A stretch of DNA of 64,000 nt from an uncultured delta proteobacterium (GCA_963848295.1 CAWKDB010000011.1:256001-320000); one strand, 5' to 3'. Shown: positions 34,408 through 45,220, numbered from the stretch's first letter. Made by a program: numbers and translations. Notes: generated by a model from the letters alone, not told the origin.

Positions 34408-34761
34408 GTGGCGAAGTCCACCGAGGATCCCCTGGTCGCGCAGGCGTTCGACCGGCAGAAGCACGAGGACCTCGCGCGTGCGATCAAGGACCTGTCGGCC
34501 GACGAGGCGGAGTTCTTCCTGCGCAAGCTCGAAGCGGCGATCCGCAAGCGCAAGATCCAGATCACGGGCTACCTCGTCGCGATGGGGGTGTGGGCGATCG
34601 GCATGGTGTTCGCCCTCGCCTACTTCGGGATCGCGTCCGGGTTCGTCGGCTGGGCGTTCCTCGCGCCGTTTGGCGGGGTCGGGCTCGTGTTGTGGGCGTT
34701 CGGCAAGTGGGGCGAGCGCGTCGGACGCGCGGCCGATCTGAAGCCGCCTCCGAAGCCATAG
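34408..34761 (+). CDS. small hypothetical membrane protein
   Basis: Helical N-terminus plus two TM segments; typical codon bias. Confidence 0.7.
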   Translation: MAKSTEDPLVAQAFDRQKHEDLARAIKDLSADEAEFFLRKLEAAIRKRKIQITGYLVAMGVWAIGMVFALAYFGIASGFVGWAFLAPFGGVGLVLWAFGKWGERVGRAADLKPPPKP

Positions 34762-34891
34762 GCCGCTAGGAGCGGCACAAGGTGGGTCCCGACGCGCTGG
34801 GGGCTTCACCCACCTAGAACAAATCCGTGACATCGAGCGATGAAAAGCTCGAGTTCGGCAACCACGTCGTACGGTCTCTCCGCGAGAGCTC

Positions 34892-35818
34892 ATGCGCCGC
34901 GCCATCGTCATCGCTTCGTTCGCAATCGCCGGCTCGGCGACCGCTCAGCCGAGCCCGCCGCCGCACTGCGACGTCACGATCGCGCACGCACCCGACGAAG
35001 TCCGCGCCGAGATCGAAGGCTGGCTCGCCCAGGAGACGCGATGCAGCCTCGCCCTCGAAGTCCGAGTCGTGCCGAGCGAGGGCGGCTACTACCTGTTCGC
35101 GCGCGACGCACTCGGCCGGGTCCGCGAACGCGTCGTGCCCGACGCCGCGAGCGCCGGCGTGCTGGTCGCGAGCTGGGCCGCGTCGGACGGGTTCAGCGCG
35201 CCGACGCCGGTCGAGAGCCTGCCGCAGCCATCACCGACCACGTTCACGCCAGCGCCGCCATCCTCGCCGATCTACGTCGAGCGCGTGACGAGCTCGCGCA
35301 CCGCGTCGCCGCGCTGGGTCAGCGCGAGCGCGTTCACCTCGACGCTCAGCGGCCCGGGTGGTCGGCTCGATGTCGATGTCGCCCGCTGGGGCGCGTACGC
35401 GCTCGGCGCGGCGTTCGGAGCGTCGCACACCACGCGGTTCGAGATGCAGCTGCCGATCGACGGCATCATGACGACGACGAGCTTCGACGTACTCGTGATG
35501 GCGTCGGCGACGGCGACGTATCACGGTTGGCGATTGCGCGGCGGATTCGGCATCGGGGCGCGGGTCGAGCAGGCTGCGGTCAACGACTTCGGGCTCGACG
35601 CCGAGCCAAGCGATCTCAGCTCGAGCGGGGTTGCCGCCTTGGCGAGCGCGACGTTGTTCGTCGGCCGCGACGTCGGCGCTCATTGGGGCATCGACGCGGG
35701 TCTCATCGGGGCGATGTACGACGAGCAAATGCACGTGATCATCGGCGGCGCCGATCGCGTGTTCGACCTGCGCGGACCCGAGCTGTCATTCGCCGTCGCG
35801 CTCCGCCACACGATGTGA
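34892..35818 (+). CDS. hypothetical secreted protein, paralog of the next gene
   Basis: Signal peptide; HCDVTIAHAP...GGYYLFARD...GVLVASWAA shared with 35823..36767; beta-barrel-like C-terminus. Confidence 0.75.
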   Translation: MRRAIVIASFAIAGSATAQPSPPPHCDVTIAHAPDEVRAEIEGWLAQETRCSLALEVRVVPSEGGYYLFARDALGRVRERVVPDAASAGVLVASWAASDGFSAPTPVESLPQPSPTTFTPAPPSSPIYVERVTSSRTASPRWVSASAFTSTLSGPGGRLDVDVARWGAYALGAAFGASHTTRFEMQLPIDGIMTTTSFDVLVMASATATYHGWRLRGGFGIGARVEQAAVNDFGLDAEPSDLSSSGVAALASATLFVGRDVGAHWGIDAGLIGAMYDEQMHVIIGGADRVFDLRGPELSFAVALRHTM

Positions 35819-35822
35819 CGCC

Positions 35823-36767
35823 ATGACCGAGCTCACCATCGCCCTCGCGCTCGCGCTCGCCGCCGGATCGGCGGGCGCCGATCCGATCAGCCACTGCGCG
35901 GTCACGATCGCGCGCGCTCCCGAGGCGATCCGCGGCGATGTCGAAGCGGCGCTCGCACGCGAGCGTACGTGCGCGATTCCGCTCGAGGTCCGGATCATCG
36001 AGACCGACGGTGGATATTACGTCTTCGCACGCGATCCGCGCGGTCGCGTCCGCGAGCACGTCGCACCCGACGCCAGGAGCATCGGCGTGCTGGTCGCGAG
36101 CTGGGCGGCCGACGACGACGTTGCCCCGACCGCTCAGCCCGCAGCGGATGTCCCGTTCCGCGCGCCGGCAGAGGCTCCTCCCGCGGTCGCGCTATCGAAC
36201 GCGCCGGCCGTCGCGGGTGCGCCGCCGCCCGCGCGCTGGCTCGCGTTCACGGTCGCGACCGGAGTCGTCGGTTACGGCGCTCGGCTCGATGTCGACCTAT
36301 GGCACCGCGGCGGGCTCGCGTTCGGTGCAGCGGGCGCGGTCGAGGATACGAAGATCGAGTACATCGGCGGCGACGACGTCTTGGCGATCCAGACCCACGA
36401 CTACCGCGGGCTCGCGACCGGCTCGTACTCGGCGACGTGGCACGGCTGGCGGGCGCGCGCCGAGCTCGCGGCCGGCTTCGCGGTGGTCGACGCGGCGCTC
36501 ACCTCGCTCGATCTCACCGGCGCGATGCCGACGACCACAGGCTCGACCGCGGTGTTCCCGACGATCGACGGTCAACTGTTGGTCGGCTACAACCTCAGCG
36601 ACCAGTGGGGGCTCGACATCGGCGTGATCTCGGAGCTCTACGCCCGGACCTATCACTTCGTCGGCAGCGACCTGCAGCTACCGCCTTGGGAGCTCGCGCC
36701 GGTCACCACGGTATCGACGCCGACGTTCGACTGGAAGCTCGCGGTGTCGTTGCGGCGGTCGCTGTGA
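35823..36767 (+). CDS. hypothetical secreted protein, paralog of the previous gene
   Basis: HCAVTIARAP...GGYYVFARD...GVLVASWAA; ends LAVSLRRSL. Confidence 0.75.
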   Translation: MTELTIALALALAAGSAGADPISHCAVTIARAPEAIRGDVEAALARERTCAIPLEVRIIETDGGYYVFARDPRGRVREHVAPDARSIGVLVASWAADDDVAPTAQPAADVPFRAPAEAPPAVALSNAPAVAGAPPPARWLAFTVATGVVGYGARLDVDLWHRGGLAFGAAGAVEDTKIEYIGGDDVLAIQTHDYRGLATGSYSATWHGWRARAELAAGFAVVDAALTSLDLTGAMPTTTGSTAVFPTIDGQLLVGYNLSDQWGLDIGVISELYARTYHFVGSDLQLPPWELAPVTTVSTPTFDWKLAVSLRRSL

Positions 36768-37348
36768 AGGCAGGCAAGCTGCTCCAGCTGCGGCCGGAGG
36801 CGCGCGCCGACTCGCTGTCCGATCAGCTGTCTGATGTCGGCATGGTCGCGGCGTGTGCAGCCGGCGATCGAGCGGCGCGCTCGCTGTTGTTCGAACGCCA
36901 CGCCGACGCGGTGCATCGCTTCGTCTCGCACATGCGCGGTGCGGACGCCGACGAGGTCGACGATCTCGTCCAGGTCACGTTCTTGCGCGCGTTCGATGCG
37001 GCGAAGCGGTTTCGCGGCGCGACCGCTCACTCGTGGCTGTTCGGCATCGCCGCGAACGTCGTGAAGGAGTACGCGCGCAAAGAGATCCGCCGCAAGCGGG
37101 CGCTGGGCTTGGTCGCCGAGGACCTCCCGGGTATCGCATCCCCGTGCGATCCGACGCTGGCTCGCCTGCCCGACGCGATCGCGGCGCTGCGCCACGAGTT
37201 GCGCGCGGCGTTCGTGCTCGTCGACCTCGAAGGCGAACGCGGCGTCGACGCGGCAGCCGCGCTCGGCATCCCGCAAGGCACGTTATGGCGACACGTGTTC
37301 GAGGCTCGGACCGCCTTGCGCCGCGAGCTCGCCGGAGACCAGTCATGA
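36764..37348 (+). CDS. ECF RNA polymerase sigma factor
   Basis: EVDDLVQVTFLRAF, SWLFGIAANV, AFVLVDLEG, LGIPQGT; GTG overlaps the upstream stop. Confidence 0.88.
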   Translation: MKAGKLLQLRPEARADSLSDQLSDVGMVAACAAGDRAARSLLFERHADAVHRFVSHMRGADADEVDDLVQVTFLRAFDAAKRFRGATAHSWLFGIAANVVKEYARKEIRRKRALGLVAEDLPGIASPCDPTLARLPDAIAALRHELRAAFVLVDLEGERGVDAAAALGIPQGTLWRHVFEARTALRRELAGDQS

Positions 37349-38346
37349 CGTGCCCGAGCGCGCCAAGGCTCGCCGCCGCCGCGTCCGGCGAAGATCCACG
37401 CGCCGCACTCCACGCGATGCGCTGCACCCGTTGTCATCCGCTGCTCGATGCGCAGCTCGAAGTCATCGCGCTCGCCCGGCAGACGATCGCGCCGGCGCTC
37501 GTCGGCTCGCGCCGCGCACGGCTTGCGGCGTCGATCCTGTCCGACGCGCCCGCGTTCGAGGCCGCCCCGCGCGTTCGTCGCCGCTTCGCGTTCGCGGCGA
37601 TCGCCGCTGCCGCCGCCGCCGCGGTTGGCTTCTACCTGATGCGCGGCTCGGATCAGCCGGCGAGCGTAGTGTCGACGCCGACGATCGCGATCGCGCGTCG
37701 CGATCCTGCACCACCCGTTGCCGTCGCACCATCGGTGCCGAGCCCCCCGCGCGCGCCGAACCGCGCCCCGAGGGTCGCGTCGCCGCGCTCTGTCCCGCTG
37801 CCGCCGCCGGCCTCGCTCGCGGCTGGCGATGCTCAGCTCACGCGCAGCTCGATCGACGGCGTCGATACGATCGAGCTGCGCGACGGCACGATCGAGCTCG
37901 ATACCCGTGACCGAGCCCCGGCGACCGCCACCGCGAACGGCACGACGATCGCGATCGCGGGCCGCACCGAGATCGTGGCGCACGGCGGCGTCATCGTGTC
38001 GGCACGCGTGTTCGCGGGGACCGCCGAGATCCGCGCGGGCGGCGAGCGCACTTCGATCGAGACCGGCGAGATCTGGACGCCGCCGGCCGGTCCAGCGAGC
38101 TCGCTCGCCGCGTTCCGCGCGGGCTGGCAAGCGTTGCGCGCCGAGCGCTTCCCCGATGCGATCGCTGCGTTCGATCTCGCGATCGATCCGGTCGTGGTCG
38201 AGGACGCCGTGTTCTGGGCCGCCGTCGCAGCCGAACGTGCGGGGCTGCACGACGAGGCACGCCACCGTTACGCGGACTTCGTCACGCGCTTCGCGGGCTC
38301 GCCGCGCGTCGACGCCGCCCGCGCTGCGCTCGATCGCCTGCGCTGA
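37345..38346 (+). CDS. putative anti-sigma factor (zinc-finger-like HxxxCxxC, TM, FecR-like, TPR)
   Basis: HAMRCTRC, TM segment, LRDGTIEL beta-region, C-terminal TPR; follows the ECF sigma. Confidence 0.75.
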   Translation: MTCPSAPRLAAAASGEDPRAALHAMRCTRCHPLLDAQLEVIALARQTIAPALVGSRRARLAASILSDAPAFEAAPRVRRRFAFAAIAAAAAAAVGFYLMRGSDQPASVVSTPTIAIARRDPAPPVAVAPSVPSPPRAPNRAPRVASPRSVPLPPPASLAAGDAQLTRSSIDGVDTIELRDGTIELDTRDRAPATATANGTTIAIAGRTEIVAHGGVIVSARVFAGTAEIRAGGERTSIETGEIWTPPAGPASSLAAFRAGWQALRAERFPDAIAAFDLAIDPVVVEDAVFWAAVAAERAGLHDEARHRYADFVTRFAGSPRVDAARAALDRLR

Positions 38347-38390
38347 GCGTTTTCGACGCAGCTCGCCGCGAGCCGGGGTATGCTCGCGCC

Positions 38391-39701
38391 ATGGGGAACT
38401 CCGCCCGCGTCGTCCGGATCGCGAGCCTCGTGCTGGGGCTCGGCGGGGTCACGGCGTGCAGCCACAAGAGCGGCGCGAAACAAGACGGCCCGAAGCCCGG
38501 TGACTCCGGTCCGACGGTCGACGGTCCCGCCGCGCTCGCCTGTACCACGACGTCCGGGACGACCATCTCGGTCCGCAAGATCGGCACCGTGCAGGGCCGC
38601 GCGCTGCTCGCGACCGCGCCGCCGAACGACGGCAGGCTCTTCGTGATCGAAGACGAAGGTCGGATCCGGATCTTCGACCAGGAGCAGCTAGAAGACGCTC
38701 CGTTCCTCGACATCTCGAGCAAGGTCGTGTCCGGCGGCGAGCAGGGCCTCCTGGGCCTCGCGTTCCATCCGCAGTACGGCACGAACCACAAGTTCTACGT
38801 CGACTACACCGCGACCAACCCGGACACCGCGGACACCCAAAACCCGTGGGTCGACGTGGTCGAGGAGTACACCGCGAGCGCGACCGACATCTCGACCGCG
38901 GATCCGGCGAGCGGCAAGATCCTCCTGTCGATCCCGGACTACGCGACGAACCATAACGCCGGCATGCTCGAGTTCGGCAGCGACGGCTTCCTCTACATCT
39001 CGACCGGCGACGGTGGCGCGGGTGGCGATCCGAACCACAACGGGCAGAACACGAACGCGCTGCTCGCGAAGATCCTGCGAATCGACGTCGACAACCCGGC
39101 GAACGGGAAACCGTATGGCATCCCGGCCGACAATCCGTTCGCGACCAGCGGCGGCGCGCCGGAAGTGTTCGTCGTGGGCGTGCGCAACCCGTGGCGCTGG
39201 TCGTTCGATCGCAAGACCGGTGACATGTGGATCGGCGACGTCGGCCAGGAGATCACCGAAGAGCTCGACGTGCTGCCGGCCGGGCTACAAGGCGGCGCGA
39301 ACCTCGGCTGGTCGATGTACGAAGCGAACTATTGCTGCCAGACCGACGATCCCGACCACTGCAACGACCAACCGGTCCAGGTCGCCTGCGACGCGACCGG
39401 CAAGACGTTCCCCCAGTTCACGCACGACCACACCAGCGGATGGAACGCGATCATCGGCGGCCAGGTCTATCGCGGGTCGTGCTATCCGGATCTCGATGGC
39501 ATCTACTTCTTCAGCGACAGCGGCGCCGGCGCGCTCGATGAAGCGGTGCTGAACGGCGACGGCTCGCTGACCGTGACCGACCTGCCGGCGCCGACCACCG
39601 GCTGGCCGCAATCGCCCTCGAGCATCCACGCCGATTCGCGCGGCGAGCTGTACGAGACGACGACGAGCGGCGACGTCTATCACATCGAGGCAGGCCCCTG
39701 A
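38391..39701 (+). CDS. PQQ-dependent sugar dehydrogenase (GSDH family) lipoprotein
   Basis: GEQGLLGLAFHP, NHNAG, LYISTGDGG, KILRIDVD, GVRNPWR, DVGQ. Confidence 0.9.
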   Translation: MGNSARVVRIASLVLGLGGVTACSHKSGAKQDGPKPGDSGPTVDGPAALACTTTSGTTISVRKIGTVQGRALLATAPPNDGRLFVIEDEGRIRIFDQEQLEDAPFLDISSKVVSGGEQGLLGLAFHPQYGTNHKFYVDYTATNPDTADTQNPWVDVVEEYTASATDISTADPASGKILLSIPDYATNHNAGMLEFGSDGFLYISTGDGGAGGDPNHNGQNTNALLAKILRIDVDNPANGKPYGIPADNPFATSGGAPEVFVVGVRNPWRWSFDRKTGDMWIGDVGQEITEELDVLPAGLQGGANLGWSMYEANYCCQTDDPDHCNDQPVQVACDATGKTFPQFTHDHTSGWNAIIGGQVYRGSCYPDLDGIYFFSDSGAGALDEAVLNGDGSLTVTDLPAPTTGWPQSPSSIHADSRGELYETTTSGDVYHIEAGP

Positions 39702-40543
39702 GAGTCCGCCGCCTCGGGCTCGCCACCGGGCTCACCTACAACGTCCTCGAGTGGAATGCGGATGCGCCGGGCGACACCACGTTCGTGATGGTGCACGGAT
39801 TTCTCGATCTCGCGTTCGGCTGGCACGAGGTCGCGCCGCGGCTCGGCGCGCACGTGATCGCACCCGATCTGCGCGGTCACGGCGACAGCGACTGGATCGG
39901 CGCGGGCGGCTACTACCACTACCTCGACTACATCGCCGATCTCGACGAGGTCGTGAACCGGCTCGCTCGCAAGCGGGTGATCGTCGTCGGCCATTCGATG
40001 GGCGGCGGAGTCTCGGCCTACTGGGCAGCGACTCGCGCGGACCGCCCGGCTGGGCTCGCCTTGCTCGAGGGTCTCGGCCCACCGGATCAAAGCGACGCGC
40101 CGCTGCCGAGTCGGACCGCACACTGGATCGACGGCTGGAAGATCGCGCGCAAGCCGCCCAAGCCGCTCGCGACCCTCGACGATGCCGCCGGTCGGCTGAT
40201 GCGCCACGATCCCTTGCTCGACAAGGAGCTCGCGATTCGCCTCGCCGCGGCCGGCACGCGAGAGATCGAAGGCGGGCTGACGTGGAAGCACGACCCGCTG
40301 CACGCGACGATGGGTCCGTATCCGTTCCGTCGCGACCACGCCGCGCGCTACTGGCGGGCGATCACGTGCCCAGTGCTCGCGATCGATGGCGATCGCAGCT
40401 CGCTCAACCTCGCCGAGGCCGAGCGGGCGGCGCGGCGCGCCGAGATCCCGCACTGCCGCCACGCGGTGCTCGCCGGCGCCGGCCACATGATGCAGCGCCA
40501 CCAACCCGGCGCGCTCGCCGATCTGCTACGAGGGCTCGCGTGA
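39698..40543 (+). CDS. alpha/beta hydrolase
   Basis: VHGFLD, PDLRGHGDS, GHSMGG nucleophile elbow, AGHMM. The frame is open back to CTG at 39698; the track's start at 39785 would cut the first beta-strands. Confidence 0.85.
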   Translation: MRVRRLGLATGLTYNVLEWNADAPGDTTFVMVHGFLDLAFGWHEVAPRLGAHVIAPDLRGHGDSDWIGAGGYYHYLDYIADLDEVVNRLARKRVIVVGHSMGGGVSAYWAATRADRPAGLALLEGLGPPDQSDAPLPSRTAHWIDGWKIARKPPKPLATLDDAAGRLMRHDPLLDKELAIRLAAAGTREIEGGLTWKHDPLHATMGPYPFRRDHAARYWRAITCPVLAIDGDRSSLNLAEAERAARRAEIPHCRHAVLAGAGHMMQRHQPGALADLLRGLA

Positions 40544-41385
40544 AGCCCGAACGGATCGACCGCATCGATGCCCTCGATCGCCGCGCGTTCCAGATCTTCG
40601 AGAAGGCCGACGAGCCGGTCGTGATCGTCGGCGGCGCCCGCGGTGATGCGCTCGATCGGTGGACGCCGGACTACCTGCGCGAGCGCTTCGGCGGCGTGTC
40701 GATCCGCTACAAGGTCTCGGCGACCGATCAGCATCCGAACTTTCACGCCGACTCGCTCAAGGAATCGTTCGCGACCCAGACCGGCACGTTCGGCGAGTTT
40801 CTCACCGCGATCACGACCGGCCCGCGCGAGGCGCGCTCGCACGCGCTGTTCACCGGCGACGAACAGTTCATCGTCCGCCGGCGCGACGGCGTCACGACCG
40901 AGCATCCCGAGCTCAAGGCGCTGCTCGACGATGTCGTCCAACCCGCGCTGTTCACGCCCGAGCAGCTCCACACGGTGTGGGCGTGGTTCTCCGGACCGGG
41001 CGTGCGCACGTGGTTGCACTACGACAACAACGGTTGCCACAACGTCAACCTCCAGCTCGTCGGCGACAAGACGTGCCACCTCTACGCACCCGACATGCTC
41101 GACGAGCTGCTGCCGTTCGAGCCCGGCGGTCGCAATCCGGCGCTCAACTGCAGCGCGATCGACTTCGACAAACCGCCGCCGGTGTTCGACGACCTGCTCG
41201 TGCTCGAGGCGAAGCTGCGCGCCGGCGATGCGCTGTTCATCCCCGCGTGGTGGTGGCACACGTTCCGCCACCACGGCGACTTCAACGCGAACGTGAACTA
41301 CTGGTGGAAGCCCGAGACCGAGCGCGACAACCCGACGTCGCGCCGGCAAGCCAAGCTCGAACAGTTCGGCCATCGCGCGACGTGA
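40540..41385 (+). CDS. JmjC/cupin-like (Cupin_8) 2OG-Fe(II) oxygenase
   Basis: WTPDYL, TWLHYD (HxD), QLVGDK, LRAGDALFIPAWWWH, VNYWW. Confidence 0.88.
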   Translation: MKPERIDRIDALDRRAFQIFEKADEPVVIVGGARGDALDRWTPDYLRERFGGVSIRYKVSATDQHPNFHADSLKESFATQTGTFGEFLTAITTGPREARSHALFTGDEQFIVRRRDGVTTEHPELKALLDDVVQPALFTPEQLHTVWAWFSGPGVRTWLHYDNNGCHNVNLQLVGDKTCHLYAPDMLDELLPFEPGGRNPALNCSAIDFDKPPPVFDDLLVLEAKLRAGDALFIPAWWWHTFRHHGDFNANVNYWWKPETERDNPTSRRQAKLEQFGHRAT

Positions 41386-42742
41386 TCAGGTCGCCGCGGC
41401 GCGCATCAGCCGACTGACGCGCCGGCCTCTCCAATCGAGCGGCACCACCACCTCGAACGTCGAGCCCTTGCCGACCACCGACTCGAGCTCGACCGTCGCG
41501 CCGAGGAGCTCGGTCAGCTTCGCGACCAGCGCGAGCCCGAGGCCGACGCCGCCGTAGCCGCGCTCGTCGCCGCTCGTCGCCTGGCGAAATGGCTCGAAGA
41601 TCTTCTCGCGATCCTCGGGCGCGATGCCGATCCCGGTGTCCTCGACCGACAGCGCGATCGCCTCGCCGCGCTGGACGGCACGCAGCGTGACCTTGCCGCC
41701 CTCGGGCGTGAACTTCACCGCGTTCGCGAGCAGGTTGACCAAGACGTGTGCGAGCCAGCGGTCGTCGGTCTGTGCGAACGGCAGATCGGGCGCGACCTCG
41801 GTCACCAGCTCGATCGGCTTGGTACCGATCATCCACGACACCGAAGCGGTGACGCGCTCGATCACCGCGGTGATATCGACCGGGCTCGGCCGCGCTTCGA
41901 TCCGACCGGCTTCCGCGCGCGTCAGGTTGAGCACGTCGTCGACGAGCCCGAGCAGCGACTGCGCGCTGCGCTTGATCGATGCGCACGCCTCGCGCTGCTT
42001 GTCGGTCACCGGGCCGTACACGCCCGCGGCGATCACGTCGGCGAGACCTTGGACGCCGTGGATCGGCGTGCGCAGCTCGTGGGTCATCGACGCGACGAAC
42101 TGGCTGCGCTGGGCATTGGCCGCGAGCAACTCCACGGTGCGCGCTTCGAGGTCGCGCTCTTTGACCCGCAGCGCGCGCAACACCGCGGCGGAGAACCAAG
42201 CGGGCACGCCGACGACGAGCGCGCAGTAGATCACCGCGGTCACCGCGTACCCGGCGCTCGGCGCTTGTCCGGGCGCACCCGGCACCGGCGTCGCCGGTAA
42301 CACGTGGCCGGCCATGAGCCCGAGCATCGCCGCGAACAAGACGACGATCAGCCCGGCCATCAGCAGCGTGATCGCGAGGTTCGACAGCAGCGACAACACC
42401 GCGATGACGATCACGTACGTCGGCAACAGCGGGCTGTACGGACCACCCGTGAAGTAGATCGCGCCGGTCAGCACGACGACATCCGCGATCGTGTTCAGCG
42501 CCTGGGTCGCGAGCACGCCGCGATCCTTCGCCAGCGCGATCCACGCCGCGCGTGTTCGTCACCAGCTTGCCGGCGACGAGCGCGACGTACGTCCAGCGCC
42601 ACGGCGTGATGTCGAACACCGAGGCGAGCAGCGCGAGCAACGCGAACCCGATGCTGATCGCGAACCCGCTCCAGATCCCGGTCCATAGCTTCGGCCGATT
42701 CGCGGGCGCCATCAGCTCCGCGAGGAACTCCGGCAGTGCCAC
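41386..42742 (-). CDS. membrane sensor histidine kinase, frameshift near 42550
   Basis: THELRTP, NLLANAVKFT, DTGIGI, GGVGLGL; N-terminal TM part lies in another frame. Confidence 0.88.
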
Positions 42743-43117
42743 CTAGCCCTCGCCGAGCAGCTCGCGAACCTGCGCGAGCAACTGTACGAGGTCGAACGGC
42801 TTGGACAAGTAGCCGTCGGCGAGCGTTCCGAGTTGGACGGTGCGCGTCGATTGGTCTTGGTCGGTGTAGACCGCGCTCATCAGCAAGACCGGGACGCGCT
42901 TCGTGCCGCGCGACCTGATCTCGCGCACGAGCTCGAAGCCGTTCTTGCGCGGCAGCTGGACATCGACCAGCAGCAGGTCCGGCGCCTCGCGATCGAAGCG
43001 CTCGATGCCCTCTGGCCCGGTCGACGCGCCGACCGTGTGGTAGCCGTTCGCGGCCAGAAAATCGATCAGGATCATCTGGTTGACCGGGTCATCCTCGACG
43101 ACCAGGATCTTCTTCAC
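42743..43117 (-). CDS. single-domain response regulator (CheY-like)
   Basis: KILVVEDD, LLVDVQLP, LMSA, YLSKPF. Confidence 0.9.
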   Translation of the reverse strand: MKKILVVEDDPVNQMILIDFLAANGYHTVGASTGPEGIERFDREAPDLLLVDVQLPRKNGFELVREIRSRGTKRVPVLLMSAVYTDQDQSTRTVQLGTLADGYLSKPFDLVQLLAQVRELLGEG

Positions 43118-43133
43118 GACGTGCTCGAGGGTA

Positions 43134-44382
43134 TCACTCGAACCGGTTCGACGCGACCGGCCCACCGGCGCGCAAGCGCGAACGTCGACCCGTCGCCGGC
43201 GGAGGCCACGCACGCGCGACCAGCGCGGCCCACTGGTCCGGCGCGTCGGGCGCGAGATCCTCGCCGGCCAGCGCCGGACTCGCGGCGAGCTCGGCCGCGA
43301 GGCCTTCGACCGTCGCGTCCGGGGTCTCGCCCCACGGCGGCACGACGAACTGCGCGAGCAGCGTCGTGACATCGGGCGCGATCGGCGCGTCTTGCGTCCA
43401 GCCGCGCGGCGTGCGCGAACACGAGTTGTTCCGGCCGGCGCTGAGACAGCCGCGCGGCGTCGTCGGCCGAGACCTCGCGCAGGTCGTAGAGCACGACGAG
43501 CCCGGGCGCCGGCACCCCGATCGCGGGCCACGGGGCGAGCGGTAGTCCGAGGCGCGCCGCCACGGCTGTCGCGAGGACTTCGTGGCTGCGCCCCGGCGGC
43601 GCGTAGACGCACGGCGCGCCGACCGCTCGAGCGAGCGGCGCGAGGCGATCGAGACCGAACGCGATCCGCTCGACCGAGTCCTTGAGCCAGCCATAGCGGC
43701 CGCGCATCGGCGCGTCGAACCCGAACGGCGAGTGGTGCGCGAGCAGGCTGCCGCTCAACACGTAGTGCCAGCCGCGAAGATCGCGCGCATCGAGCGGGAG
43801 CACGCCGCCGACGCGTTCGGCCCGTTCGACGATCGCCTCGATCGAGGCCGCCATGCCGACGCCGTCCTCGGAGTCGGGACGCAGCGACGGCAGCGCGTCG
43901 CGGACGATCGCGAGCTCGCCGGCCATCGCGGCATTGAACGCGTAGAGGTAACGGCACAAGAAGCTGCGCTCGCGCAGCCCTGGATGGTCCTCGAGGATCG
44001 CGAGACGCGTCGCGATAAGCGAGCGCGCTCTCGAGCGCGGACATCAGCTCGCACACCACCTCTTCGCTCTCGCCGACGAGCGCGAGGCAGCGCCACAGCA
44101 CGCTCGCGCCGATCGCGGGCACCCCGGCGTCGATCAGCGTGTAGCCGAGATCGTAGAGCTGATCCGGACTATCGATGTCGCGCGCGCCCGCCGCGGCGAG
44201 CTCGGCGAGCTCGGCGTGACCCTGCGGAGGCGACGAGCTCGGCGAACAGCCCGAGGTAGCGCGGCGAGCTCGGCCGGCGCCAGCTCGCGCCCGCGCGGCC
44301 AGCCGAGGCGCGCCCGCAATGCGGACAGCGCGCCGCGTTCGTCGCCCTTCCCGATCAGTGCGCTGATCTCTGCGTCGTCCAT
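43134..44382 (-). CDS. hypothetical protein broken by several frameshifts
   Basis: Coherent protein-like pieces in successive frames (MDDAEISALIG..., PAIGASVLWRCLAL..., CRYLYAFNAAMAG..., WTQDAPIAPDVTTLL...); sequence around 43.95-44.3 kb looks error-rich. Confidence 0.55.
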
Positions 44383-44392
44383 GCGCTTCCGG

Positions 44393-45220
44393 TTACGCGA
44401 GGTTCGCGAGCCGCAGCGACGCGTCCCACAACGCCGCGCGCACCTTGCCGTCGCGCGCGGCAGCCGACGGCGGGGTCGCGACGCCGTCGCTGAAGTAGCT
44501 GCCCGACGGCTCGGTGATCGCCTCGGTACTGGCGAGCCGAACCGAAGTGCGAGCGCCGGCCTCGACCGAGCCGCCGGCGACCGGGCCGAAGCCGTCGCGC
44601 AACAGCTTCGTGCCGACCACGCCCGGATGCAGGCTGTAGGCGACGAGGTGCGCGGGATCCTGGCGCTCGGCGAGCGTGCTCGCGTGCATGACGTTCGCGA
44701 GCTTGCTCTGCGCGTACGCGGCGTAGCCGGTCCAACCGCGCTCGAGCTGGAGATCGTCGAGGTGGATCGTGCCGCGCGTGTGCGCGACCGACGCGACGTC
44801 GATCACGCGGGAGGCGATCGCCGCCGCTCGTGCGCTCGCGACGAGCCGCGGCAGCAGCAATTCGGTCATCAAGAATGGGCCGAGGTGATTGACCGCGAAG
44901 TCGAGCTCGAGCCCGTCATCGGTCACGACTCGCTCGGTCGCGAAGATGCCGGCGTTGTTGACGACGACATGGAGCTCCGGCGCGAGCGCGAGGATCTGCT
45001 CGGCGCCGCGGCGCACCGCGGTCAGCGAGCCGAGGTCGAACGCGACGCCGTCGAGCACCGCGCCCGGCAGCTCGCCGCGCAACGCCTCGAGCGTCTGGTC
45101 GACCTTCGCCTTGCTCCGGCCGTGCGCGATCACGCGCAGTCCAGCCGCGGCGAGCGCGCGCGCGGTCTGCCGACCGATCCCGTCGGTGGCCCCGGTGACC
45201 AAAACCACGCGCTGACTCAT
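44393..45220 (-). CDS. short-chain dehydrogenase/reductase (retinol-DH/WWOX-like)
   Basis: TGATDGIG, NNAG, VNHLGPF, YAQSK, HPGVVGT. Confidence 0.93.
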   Translation of the reverse strand: MSQRVVLVTGATDGIGRQTARALAAAGLRVIAHGRSKAKVDQTLEALRGELPGAVLDGVAFDLGSLTAVRRGAEQILALAPELHVVVNNAGIFATERVVTDDGLELDFAVNHLGPFLMTELLLPRLVASARAAAIASRVIDVASVAHTRGTIHLDDLQLERGWTGYAAYAQSKLANVMHASTLAERQDPAHLVAYSLHPGVVGTKLLRDGFGPVAGGSVEAGARTSVRLASTEAITEPSGSYFSDGVATPPSAAARDGKVRAALWDASLRLANLA

